NCBI GenBank assembly: GCA_018657475.1
Contig: JABHXC010000028.1
Location: 1-45,310 of the forward strand
Direction of reading: 5' to 3'
From: Candidatus Woesearchaeota archaeon
Lineage (GTDB): Archaea > Nanobdellota > Nanobdellia > Woesearchaeales > GW2011-AR9
DNA: 45,310 nt
The notes below the pieces were generated by a model. The model saw nothing but the letters and a program-made list of their open reading frames with translations. It did no database searches and was not told where the DNA came from. This document shows positions 45,206 to 45,310 of this stretch, piece after piece. The position numbers were made by a program, and so were the translations under genes. Within the stretch, counting starts at the first letter, position 1, and each line of letters starts with the position of its first letter.

Positions 45206-45310
45206 ATGGGTGGTAAAAAGAAAAGGTTAGAGGCAGCTAACAATCGGCGTTTGGATTTATTCTTAGAAGGGTTAGAAATTGAAGAAACTAAAAGAAAGAA
45301 AATTGTTGAA
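45206..45310 (+). CDS. Partial hypothetical protein (5' end only)
   Basis: ATG 45206, open to the window end: MGGKKKRLEAANNRR... Confidence 0.45.
   Translation, partial: MGGKKKRLEAANNRRLDLFLEGLEIEETKRKKIVE

Noticed and set aside
1-45310. Viral or proviral origin suggested by RNR, PhoH and PolB
   Set aside because: No capsid, terminase or integrase; the surrounding genes (carS, dus, pcm, DUF1385) are cellular

Overview
Low-GC archaeal chromosome segment, most consistent with a DPANN (Woesearchaeota-like) organism. This is inferred from the archaeal family B polymerase, CarS, TATA-type promoters and the ITGAVV-type signal on a large surface protein. From left to right the window holds: a giant Ig-repeat surface protein that runs off the left edge and is missed by the ORF track; a small wHTH gene; and a Fic gene flanked by a 47-bp direct repeat. 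Next is a ~13-kb minus-strand signalling island (5338-18555) encoding a 2xwHTH-KaiC-like ATPase, a 956-aa coiled coil, two stand-alone receivers, two HAMP sensors with no output domain, two orphan NrtA/SsuA-type binding proteins, a PilJ/NarX-type histidine kinase, a degenerate RecA-fold protein and an unannotated 57-aa basic ORF. Then come MNT-HEPN and AbrB-MazF toxin-antitoxin modules, RNA-modification genes (radical SAM, U32, ferredoxin, Dus), a probable type II R-M pair, an H1-like repeat protein and archaeal lipid genes. The right part holds an NrdR-boxed operon with two tandem class II ribonucleotide reductases (one with a LAGLIDADG intein) and PduO, followed by Rad50/SbcC, PIN-PhoH, DUF1385 and PolB. 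No rRNA, tRNA, CRISPR array or transposase was recognised. The best candidates for a new system are the signalling island, with short motifs shared among its members, and the dual-NrdJ operon.
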